From positions 15,190,001 through 15,254,000 of the forward strand of contig OZ059899.1 of assembly GCA_964057225.1 (NCBI GenBank): 64,000 nt of DNA. Direction: 5' to 3'. This stretch comes from Auanema rhodensis. Lineage: Eukaryota > Animalia > Nematoda. Shown piece after piece: positions 26,052-37,790 of the stretch (position 1 is its first letter; each line of letters begins with the position of its first letter). A program made the position numbers and the translations under genes. Below the pieces are notes generated by a model. It did not search any database and was not told the DNA's origin. It saw nothing but the letters and a program-made list of their open reading frames with translations.

Positions 26052-28613
26052 ATGATTCGATCGTCACTGGAAAGTGCCAGTGGGGAGAGACCGAGGGTTC
26101 TCCAAAAATTGCTAACACATGTTTGGAAACTCGCACTCTTATCATATATATTGGCGATGTTACACGTATACTCAATGATAGGAGGATTTGGACCATATGC
26201 AGAACATACACGGTTTGTTTATAGGAATTTCTCACATATTTTGAGCTATTTTCGGCATGTTCCAACTCTATAATGCGTTTTGTATGTTTGATTATGAATA
26301 TTATCATTTAAGAGTCAGCGAACATGCATTGATGCCAGGACTAGTAAATGTACATTTCAATGATGACGCGCTATTGTTACGATATATTCAAGGCTTAACT
26401 AACCATAAAGGGTTTGTAACGTCATAATTTATGTAGGAAAATCCAAAACCTCTAACGTTATAGTCCCAAGCAGGGTTTCATATGTGAAAATTTGGAAATG
26501 GTATCTGTGCCATGTTACTTGCAAAACTGGAGAAGTACAGTAGCAATTCAGGTTTCCTATCTAAATAGTTCATACAACATGCTTTGCGATTGTGATTCAG
26601 AATTTGACAGGAACCAATGTATATGGTGTTGTTCGAGCTCACAGGGCTACTGGTGTTGAATCTATGCTTATAGTCGTAGATAATGAAGATATTGATTCCC
26701 TTGCACTAGCGATGGCTTTCATTTCTTACGCTCGAAGTATTAACATAACCAAGATATTCCGATTATTAACTGATAGTATTGCAGAACAAGTATATTGGGC
26801 TCGTGATATTTTTGTTGTTTTTGCTGATCACGGTGAATGGGGTTTAGATGCGTTTCTATCAAGCTATCACTTTATCTCTGGAGCTGGAATACATGGAGAT
26901 ATCCTTGAAGCCAGTGGTGGTATGATCATTGGTGGTTTAGTTGTGAAAGTAGATTTGTTTGTATCTCTTCTTACTAAACATCCTTATCATTTCTAGACTC
27001 ATAACATCCCTTTTCCAAGCAAATCACCCTTGATGACCATTGAACTCAATCAAATCAACGGTCAACTTCCAAATTTGGATCTTTTCAATTCGCTTGTTCG
27101 AATTGCTTCACGTCATACTCCTGTAATTGATCCAATTATCTATAATATTCATGAAATTTTCAAAGTAAGACATTACAGTCGCCGGTTTTTCGATTTACTT
27201 TCATATTAGGAAATACACCACAATCCAATTCTTATACCTCTGAGGGCCATGTATACACAAGCTTTTGTAGGAATTGAAGGTACTCATAGTGTAATGAGCA
27301 AGTATGGAGTTCAGGTAGTATTTAAATCTACTAATAAACTTATGTTTATTTGTTTCTGGCTTTAGGGATTGTCAATTGGAATTCCAGCAAGAAAGTACTA
27401 TTCCTTAAAAGAATCCACGTTATTTATTGAAGCTGGAGTTCGAACTTTGAATAATATACTTGAACGATTCCATCAGAGTTATTTCATGTAAGAACTTACT
27501 GTTCCTTCTGACTTCTTAAAATCTTCATTTTAGGTATATTCTAACTTCTGAGGTTAATTTTCTTTCAATTGCTTTCTTTATGCCAGCAATGGCTGTACTC
27601 CTTCCTCTTCTGTTCTTGGTAAGGGTCTTCTCCTTTCGTAACTGAAATACTCTATTTCTTTTTAGGCTTACAAAGAATGGACAGAAATGAACGCATTCCG
27701 TATACCTTTAGCCTTTATATGTCTTCACATTCCAGGCTTCCTGGTTACATTAGGTGCATCGTACTATTTCACTCATCATTCTGCTGATGAAATATCCATA
27801 TTACTACTTATGGGAGCTTTAGCTGTTCCTTTTGGTCTTATCGCTCCTTTGTAAGTTTTTCAAAGTCTTCGACAAATATGGTTTGTGGTTTTTCAGACAT
27901 CATACTACCTACAGTTGTATGAGATTTCTTCTATATTTGGAAACAGCATTGATTTGCGTTTCCGTTTCGTTGCTCAATTTTTCATTAGCTCTTGCTTGCT
28001 CTGTGATTATAACTCCACTTATGATATTATTAACAAGAGCTGTTTCTGAGAAGTATGTTTGAACTTTCCTATCATCTTCTTTTCACTTTCTACTGGTTTC
28101 GTTGTAAGCTAAAATATTAGATAAGATATATACAACCGCTTACAGCGCTAAAACTGATAGAAATGGAATTTTCCAACAGGCCCAAATAGATTTTTGCCCA
28201 TTTAGAGATGACAGTATTACGGCTGTTGTTTTATTATTTCATTTGTTTCAGAAAAAAAGCTTTGATTAGAACGATATTGACCTTAGTCTGTCACCCTCTT
28301 ATTATTATGACAGCTCTCCTAGTTTCCATAAAGCCGTATCTACTATTCCGTGAAGAAAAAAGCTCAGAATTCGAACTGATAACAGTAAGTGTCTATAAGT
28401 ATAAGAAAGGGATCGTTTTATAATTTTAATTTCTTACAGATACAAACAGGTGTTGTTCGAATGCTCTCGGAATATTTAGTTTTTGGCTGTTGGAATTTCC
28501 CATTATTCGCAGTTGTGGGAACGTTTATCTGGAACAGTATGCTTTGCTTAGCATCAGTAACAGATGTTGAAGAGGGAACTGTTATAGGGGGAGACAAAGA
28601 GAAAAAAGAATAA
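26052..28613 (+). CDS. gpaa-1: GPI transamidase subunit GPAA1/Gaa1
   Basis: TRVSEHALMPGLV, GTNVYGVVRAHRATGVESM, YWARDIFVVF, NGQLPNLDLFN, RTLNNILERFHQSYFMYIL, multiple C-terminal TM helices. Confidence 0.94.
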
Positions 28614-28902
28614 CTTGTATCAGTTGTACTAAAACTTTTCACTTATATTACAAACATACACATTGACGGGTTTCTTGTATTCTTATTTATTGTATAAATT
28701 AACTACTTATTCTTTGACATATATTTATTTTTCAATATAATATTAATTATTAATGATAATTATAGAATAAAATTAAAACGGGAATGTTCAAAAATAATAA
28801 CCGTACGTAGGGCAAGCATCCTATTTTGAAATCAAATTAAGAGCTTATCGATATATCATCGACTTTACGACGAAGATATTGCTTTGGAGAAAGGATGAGA
28901 TC

Positions 28903-31900
28903 TTAGTTCTTGGAAGATCTGCGTCGGAGAATGTAGCGGAGCAAGACGACGGCCTGGATGATGGTGAGGGTAAGAAGAACTCCGAATACTCCGAATAAAG
29001 CAGCCTTTCCCATGCACATCTGTCCTGGAATTTCCAAAGAAACTTCTTGAGCTTCTTCCTGCATCAAGTCGATGGCGCTAGAGCGGGCCATACTGATTGG
29101 TTCTTGAACCATCTGGAGGGGATCTACAACAACAAGACTGGTGGTAGCTTGAGAGAATCTGGGGATCTTGTAACGAGCAGTTTCATCTGGAATATATTAC
29201 ATAAGCAACTTATATTAGTTGAAGTTTAACTTACATTCAGTGATGGAGTTGTCAATATCTCTCTTCTTGCGTCCCCAGCTTTCCTTCTGTCCTTGAGACA
29301 ATGGGCATTGAACTGGAGTGCAGTCTCCCTTGCAAATCTCGAGTTCACATGTGATTCTGATGGTACTGCTGGAGTCAAAACGGAAGGCTTGCATACGGGC
29401 AAGCTTGATCTTGCTGCTTTGAACCTCAACTGGTCCGGGAATAAGCTTTTGGGCAACAGCTGGAGTTGGGCATCCTTCGTCGATAAGTTGAAGTTTTTCC
29501 TTCTCAGCTTCGCTCTTGGATCCGACTCCTGGTTCAGCATGGCACTTGCGAACGAAAAAGTCAAGCTCATCATCCATAGCCATGATTTCCCAACGAAGCT
29601 CCAAGATATCTCCAAGCTTGGCTTGGGAAAGTGGTTGTTCTCCTTCTCCGAGAAGTTGCATGAAGACTGGGTTTCCGAGCTCGATCTTTCCTCTTGGTTG
29701 GATGAGGTTTGGCTCTGGTCCATTGACGGTCATATTATATCCAGCTTGAACTTTTCCTCCGAGCATGCTGGAGTAGTCACAGGATACTTCGTAAAGTTGA
29801 TCCATAGAGGTAACAAGTCCTGGGATTCCAAGGTTGTTAGTTTGGACAACAACAGTGGTCTTGTAAGTTCCATTGAGCATGTCAACAATTCCGCAATCAC
29901 GGCTCTCAACTTGTCTTCTGTGTCTTTTGAATTCTTCAAGATCTCCTCCCTCCTTAACGAGTTCGGCCTTAGTAACTGGTTCGTTGGTAGATTCCTCTTC
30001 CAGAGAGATTGGCTTCATTCCGAAGTCCTTTGGAAGTCCGAGGTTCAAGGTAGCGGAATTGGAGTTTCCGACTTCAACACGGCAGGTATCGTACTTGTTC
30101 TTGACGAAGATGACTCCACTGAATTTCTCATCATTGTTAACTTGGACCTTGATTCCTTCGTAGTTGCAGAGTGTCTTGATGGCATCAGCTGGGATAGCGA
30201 CTGGGGGTCCAAGTGGGAGTACAGATTCTGGGGCACGACGGTGCTCTTGTTCCTTAATATGTGGCTTGACCTTCTTGTTGGCAGAGAGATGGCTTCTGGA
30301 GTTGTCCTTTCCGGTGACAGTTCCACTGACACGGTGAGTTGGGGCTGGTACATTGGCGGCAGCAGAAACGCTGAGATCTTCATCCTTAGCAACGCAGAGG
30401 TTCTTGTAGAAATCAACATGCTCGTTAACGTCAGAAGCATCATCGATAGAATCAAAAACGTCACATTGTCCGAGACGACGGTTGTAGTTAACTCCAGCGC
30501 AGCTAAATAGAAAGATAAATATAAGTAACAAACAAGAAAGTATTTACGTTGGATTTCCGGCACAAACTTCAAGACAGGAGTTGAGGGAAACAATCTTGTA
30601 GGTCTTGGATGGAATTCCGTGTTGCTTAGTGTAAAGATAACGGGAGAAAAGAGCATCATCCTTCTTGGCAGAGCAGTCAGCTTCAACTAAAGTTAAATCT
30701 ATATAGAAACCTTGTATGGCAACGTTCTTTTCGTTCTACTAGACATGCACGTGCAGCATGCGATCAAGAGTGATTCTATACTTTGTTGCAAACGATTTTC
30801 TCAGAATTATAAAGATTGATGTGAAAAGTGCGTTATTAGAATTTTAGAACTGTTTAATTGCTCATGCTTTAAGTTAGAATCTTGTTAACTCTTGAGTTTA
30901 GTAGATAATAAAAGTTTTTGAAATCTTACCAGCCAAGCAGTGAAGGTCGTACAAATCAGTTCCTTGGCGGACTTGTGGTCTGAGGGTAGTCTTTCCATCC
31001 AAATAGAGAAGATCGCAGTTTCCGGTCTTCTTGTCGAAGTTGAAGGAACGGCATTTCTCTGGGGTCATTTCGAAGCATTTCTTCATACATTCCTGAACTC
31101 CGGATCCGACGCTCTTAAGGACATGGAGCTCTCCATCTCCCTCAGGAAGAGCAGCATTGATGGTGCGAACAGCCTTCAAGTGGCTTCCTGGAGCGCATTT
31201 CTCAGTTTCGAGGTGGCAGGTAATATCGAAATAGTCAACGAGGAATTCTTCTCCTTCAGCGATGAAGAGATCTGGCTTGCTGTGACGGGTCTCGGCGTTC
31301 AAGATACACTCTTGCTCGTTGTAGTAGTACATAACAGACTTGCAAACAAAGTCTTCTCCAGTCTCAGGTGGTGGGTTAGTACATTGGTCAAGGCACATAG
31401 TGACAGATGGTACGTTCTCCATAACGAAAGCGGCGAAACCGACAAGAATCTTTTGTGGAACACGGGTGAAAGATGGAACATTGCGGCAAGTATTTGGAGC
31501 TATAACATATACTTTGTATTATCGTTTGGTATCGTATAGAACTTACATGCAAAGCATTTCTTCTCGAAGTAGGTGAATCCAGGAGTAGAAACAAGGTTTC
31601 CGCGTCCCATTGGAGCAGATCTCTCGTCAGAGAGGATACAGGTGCGAGATTGGTTGTTGTACATGAAAGACTTGCAGTTGAAGTCATTGGCAGATACGGA
31701 GAGACGTTGAGTGCAGAGGCTTTGGCATGAGTCGAGGTCGACGTTGATGATACGGTCAAGTTCATTTTCAAGTTGCTTTCCCTCAACGGCGATGTATTGA
31801 GTGATGTATGGAGCATAGCACTGAGATCCAGCACAGTTGTTGTCCATATAGATTACGGTATCATCAACCTCGTCGGTGAAGAGGTCAGGTCTAAAACAAA

Positions 31901-33270
31901 GTATGAATAAAGATTTTAAAAGAAAAAAATGTTACCTGTCAAGTCTGTCTTCGGTGTTAAGGATACACTCCTTATCGACTGGGTAGTACATAACAGATTC
32001 GCATTCGAAACCGAAGGTATCGAAAGAGTTCAAACAAGCAGCCATACAGACTTGAATGTTGTCGGCTGGGACAACTTCGCGAGCGAATCCGACGAGAATC
32101 TTCTGCTCGAAGGCATCGAATTGGAATGGAGAAGAGCAGACACGGTCACTCTTAACACAGCTCTTCTTCAAGACCTTTGTTCCTTCTGGAGCCTTCTCGT
32201 CTCCTTCTCCGAAGATCTTGCATTCAGTAGTGGTATAAACGGCTCCGTGACAATCGATGGAGGTAGCGCAGTGGTCAGAGCAATCAGCAAAAGATACAGT
32301 TGGGAGTGTTCTCAAAAAAGCTCCGACAGTAGCATTGTGCTCGAGAAGAAAAACGGGTTGCTCTCCGGGTTGGCAGGTTGGAACCGATTCTAAAAACAAA
32401 ATGAAATAAGAAGATAATTACAGTTTATGAACACAGCATAGAAATATACAACCTGTTGTTTCAAAAAATATAAAACACTTTAACCACCACCACCACGCTC
32501 ACGTCGATTTCACGTACAATAATATGCTAATTGAAATATTGGCAACGTGTATTCATTGCATTTAACTTGTGAAATATTGAAGACGTGCTATCCTAACCCT
32601 TTGAAGTTATAGATTTGACAATATAAAAGTCGGCCAATTGGTCAAATGTCCATGAATTGTGGACAGGCATGGAAAAGAACGGTAAACTATGGTTTCTCAT
32701 TTCTATGCTCTCTCTCTATTTTTCTCTTTATCTTTTTTCTCTCTCTCTCTCTCATGTAATCATTATTTAATCTTATTTTTTCGCCGATTTTTCTTTTTTC
32801 CATTCTCTATAAGGCGTCAGTTCTTGACGTCTGCAAATCGAGAACATAGTTGAAAGAAGACACAAAAAGAGAGATAGAGATAGATAAGAAATTGAGGTGT
32901 ATGACTCAGTGGTTCTTTCCTTGTCAACTTCCACATACACATTGACGTCGTCAATAATGGTGGAAGCCAAAGGTTGACCCATTTCGTAACGGCTCTCTTT
33001 CGCTCTCTTCGTGCGCTATCGTCTTCTTCATTCTCTCACCTCTTTTACTTGTGATAACAGTCAAAGGGACAAGGACATTCTTCATATCCCTCCCGCTGAG
33101 ATGCCCTCCTTTAATGGTACGGACTACTTTTTTAAAGTTAACACAAATGAAGTTTAAAGCATTCATCCAAATAACTTTTGAGAGTTGTTAATGAATCAAA
33201 GAAACTTACTAATGGTGCTAGCGTGCGCATAGGCTGCTAGAGCAGCTACAAGGACTATGGACCAGTGCAT
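28903..33270 (-). CDS. noah-1: PAN-Apple repeats plus zona pellucida domain apical matrix protein
   Basis: Signal peptide exon MHWSIVLVAALAAYAHA, several PAN modules (C...C....CxSxxY....CxL), ZP domain (CNYEGIKV..FSGVIFVKN..C; FFVRKCHA..LIDEGCP..AFRF), furin site RKKR, C-terminal TM. Long exons with strong C-ending codon bias. Confidence 0.92.
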
Positions 33271-34805
33271 GGCTGGTCTACCGGTGTAAACGGCTGCCCT
33301 ACAAACACAGATGGTAAACCATTTTCATATACATTGAAACACGACAAGATATAAAGTAAGAATAACGAGAAACACAAATCTAAAAGTATGAAATAGTAGC
33401 GAAGATAACAGGTTCAAATATTCTGATTTGACTTCAATGATGAAATGGAAATTCCATTTTGGATAAAACTGGGGTCAGCAAGCCTCTTTCAACACACATT
33501 TTCCGGTCTTGTTCGTTGTTTGATGATTATCATTTATTGTATTCCTTGATTTTTTTTCTCATTCGTCACCAAGATTCATCAATCCAATCAAGGTGTCAGT
33601 TAACTGGACATAACGGATATGGCTGGTATGCATGAAAAAAGAATTTCCGAAGATAAAGAAAGAACAAAGGATGGAAAAACAAGGAGAAGGTTGTAAACTG
33701 GAGCAAATGTTAGAGGATGTGTAAGGTTCATCTCTTTATTCTTTTAAAATAGTTGTTTCGCAACTATTCAAGGACAATGAGAATTAATTTACCGGAAAGG
33801 TCTGTATATACACGATGAATTTAAGAAAATTGCCCTTTTACTGTGTAGAGGAGATATCACAAAACAACAAAATGCATATAGGTTACTCAGAACACTCAAA
33901 TGATAAAATTATTTTTTCATTTGTTGTTATTTCAATCCAAATGTACGGCAATAAGTAGAGATAGATGTTAGATTTGAGAATATAAGGAAGTTGACTTACT
34001 CATCTAAGATGCTTGTGTTTCATTTGGATAACAAAGATGAAGATATGAAAGTACATCAGAAGAATGTCAAGATGGATATCAAGAGTTCGTTGAATTGAAC
34101 GAACAATGTTATTGGGACATCTGAAGATGAAAGGAAGGGGGAGGAATTTTGTATTGGACGGACAAGTTAGAAAGTTGGAGTAAAAACGGTCAAACAGATT
34201 GACTGTTGTCCTTCTATTCCATTTTTAGTATAAGAAGGTTCAGATCATAAGAGGATGAAAAGGGGAGAGGTGCGAGGTAGAGAAAGGATTTATAATGTAA
34301 CTTTTGAACTAATTCCTCAAAATCTTTATTAAAACGGAGCGGAGAGAACTATATGCAATTCTCAGATCAAAACCAAAAAATGAAACTGAAAGCAAAAATT
34401 GTGGTAAAAAACCCTTTGAAGAATATTGGACCGCTACTTTCCGCAGAGGTTTCTGGATAGAAAACTTAATTAGGGACATTGGATGAAAGTGCATCAGGTA
34501 GGTTGGACAATATCGCAAGATAGAGAAGGAATGATGTGAAATAAGAAAAGATAAAGCGATGCTATGAGATGAGAAAATGGGAGAAAAAAGGAAAAATAGA
34601 GTACAGTAACCTAGATAGGTCGAGCGAAGGACACTCTGGCTATCAGGGGGGAAAAAAGAAGAAAATAAGAACTCTATTGCGTATGATGAAAAACGAAAAG
34701 AACGAACGAATAGATCTTCAATTAACAAAAAATATAATTATAATTTTAATGATGAGAACTAGAAGAAAAGCTTCTGAATGTTTAAGAAAATAAGATAATG
34801 TAGAA

Positions 34806-34874
34806 GATGATGATGATGATGATGATGATGATCAGAAGGAAGAGGATGATCAGGAGGATGATGATGACGATGAT
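34806..34874. repeat. (GAT)n trinucleotide repeat with degenerate tail
   Basis: Nine perfect GAT units at 34806-34832 followed by GAG/GAT/GAC units; non-coding. Confidence 0.9.
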
Positions 34875-37790
34875 CGAACGATATCCTCATTCTTGCTAGT
34901 CAATGACTGGTGGAGCATCTCATTGAATGACTAATGGAGCATCACAAATCAGATAAGGGCGGGAAAAGATTGTTATCCCAAATGGGAGGAGTTTAGAGAA
35001 CTCCTCCCATACTGTATAACACTTTTCTTCCTACCAAAACTGCCAATGGGAAACCGCCAGACTACCTAGGTCATTGAGATTATAGCCCTACATCATGTAA
35101 TCCTAATTTTTCATCTAAGATATGATGAGCTATTGGCAAGCACCTAAAGTAACTAGGCTAAATTTGGCGGGCTCAATCAGACATGAAAGGTAATATGCTT
35201 GAGATAATCATCTTTAAATTTCATAATATAGACAGGAGAGAGTAATATAAATTTTTGGCTAATAATATCCAAGTACGATGAAACAGAAAGCAAATACATA
35301 AAAGAACTTTTGAAAACTATTGAACGACTACTTTTCATATAGTTTTCTGGAAAATCAAGATTCTAGAATTCTGTTTCAGAAGTTTTCGGAATATCCGTAT
35401 AAGATAGAATAGAATAACCAATTTTGAAATGATAAAAATAATTTTGAAAGCTATAAATTACTTTTTTTGTCAACAAACATCAACTTCTGATACTCATAGA
35501 TGTGGTTAACGTAGCCGCCGTCGTCTTGACCCCGCACCGTGACGAAGAAAAAATAGGCTATATAGGTAGAAAAAGGCTACAATTCTCTATCTCTTTGTCT
35601 ATCTCAAGAATGATTGTTCATATATGGCTATTCAACATACTATTCCATCTCATCATCTTGCTTATATAAAATAACTTTCATAGATATACAAGATATCTTT
35701 AGAATTGGTGGTAACACAGGAATGTTGAAGTAACACTGAGAATATGTTGAATCTTGAATTAGAATATACCAAAGAAACAGTCAAAGAATCTGAGATGCTT
35801 GGCAAAAAGTTGGTGCTAACATGTTGGAAATTTAGTAATTGGAAGAATAAACATAGGTAAAAGCTTATCTGATAAGATATATGCGTGAGATGATGAAAAG
35901 CTCGAGAAGTTTCACGAATTTCATAGAACCCGAAAAGATCCGCATAGAACTTGATAGTGCTGTGGCTTTAGAAAAGTACGGAATTCCAAGAGAGCATATA
36001 GACTTGAGAAGAAGACTAGACCATGAAAAGCTGGACGATGTGACGAACGGTTACCGGCTGTTGATTCTGTCGTTGTCGTCTTAGACGTCTTCAGACGACA
36101 ATGCTAATTAGGACAATTGGGGGCGGACGTTGCGGCATTTTAGCGCTTTTTGACCTGAATTCTTGCGGCTTCGCCGTCAGAAACAGCATGAAACGGACGA
36201 CAATTAGCTATCACTACCAATGATACTCGTCACCTCCGGAATCTCTCATGCGCTTTCTCTCACTCTGTCTCATAGTCACGCTCAGTCTCTCTCATTGTCT
36301 CGTTGGTATCTACTTTCATTGGTTTTCATGTAATCTAACATCAGTAGCCACCCACTAACCTAAGGAAAGAGTGTCTTTTGCATGTTTGACCCCCTCTGTC
36401 TCTTTGTGTGTGTGTGTAATGTCCTCAACCAATAAATTTGAAGTTAGAATTTCCCTTATCTCTCCCGTTTTCAAGTTTTTCCAATCCTCTTGAATAGTTT
36501 CTGTAGGTCAGACAACCTATCTAACACACAAATGTACGGCTATCTCTGTCACTTGTGATGATTAGTATGTTCTGGGGATGAATTCCATCTCGATGTTTCA
36601 TCGTTATCAACAAACTTTAAATCTAGTTTACTGGCTTTTGATGCATGACGAAAAGCTTACGTTCGAATTATGAAATCATCGGTCAATGTTTAGGAACACG
36701 ACATTTAAGTAAGCCATTGTAAGCAAATATGTCAAAACTATCTTAATATCAAGTAAGGATTTATGGTCGCAGAAACCTACATCAGTAACCTAGATTACAG
36801 AGATTGCTAATCAACTAACTTTCCTTTCACTATGAGCAGCAACATCTAGCATGATATGATTTGGTCGAGAAACCTTATTTCAGATCTGAAACTTCCTGCT
36901 CTTCAAAGTGGGGTACGGTAGCCGTTTATGGCAAATTACCACTAGTATTTGTATATTCCACTTAGTATTTTAATCAAAGATTATAATAATTTTAAGACAG
37001 AATCAAAACTTAACTGATGATATGATAAGCAGAACAAAACTAAAATAGCTTCGATATCCATCTCATTATGAAACTTGCGACGTCACATTTATTTTATAAA
37101 GATCTATCAACATCATCCAAATTCAAATAATAAGTAATGTTCAATTCGTAATAAGAGCACGTGAAAACTCACGTGACCCCATTTTAAACAGTTTGAACGG
37201 TGTGCACGGTTGAGGTTCTTCTTTTTATTCATTCTTTAAACCCTTCTATAATCTATCTATCAACAGTTCATTATGACCTTGACCGTTATAATTTTTGCGG
37301 ATAAGACATATCTAGATTCTTTTCCATATTTCTTTTTATCTTTTATCTTTATCTTATTTATATCTTACCATATCTTTTTTGTCTTAATGTGGTAAATATG
37401 CACACAATTGACAGTCAAACTTTTCAAAATAGGGATGATCAGTCGAACATTCATTCAACATACTCATTCAGTCTACCCCCAACATATCTACATAGCTCGC
37501 TTCGAAGCGTTCATGATGTTCAGCAATAACCTTTAAAATGCCCACTGAGACTCTTGACGTATGAGATTGGCCTCGGCCTACTACAGATGTCATCATATTT
37601 CATCAATGTGTTTAGAACATTTGGGAACAAAAACAGAAAAAAATTCGAATTTATCGAAGAACTAGATAGATATAACATATTTGAATTGTGCAAATAACAG
37701 TAAAAACCAACAAGAAACGGATAACCGCTTATAACAATGATAACAACTCATAAAAAATTTGAAGTAACAAGATAATTTTCGAAACTAAAC

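Noticed and set aside
29293-30510. 405-aa plus-strand ORF and other long ORFs overlapping noah-1 (30940-31539, 31929-32393, 30045-30686)
   Set aside because: Shadow frames of strongly codon-biased noah-1 exons; no recognisable domain.
34902-34943. 18-bp imperfect direct repeat AATGACT..TGGAGCATC
   Set aside because: Only two copies; likely a local slippage duplication.
35881-36084. 67-aa ORF upstream of noah-1
   Set aside because: No recognisable homology or gene structure; likely chance, not fully excluded.
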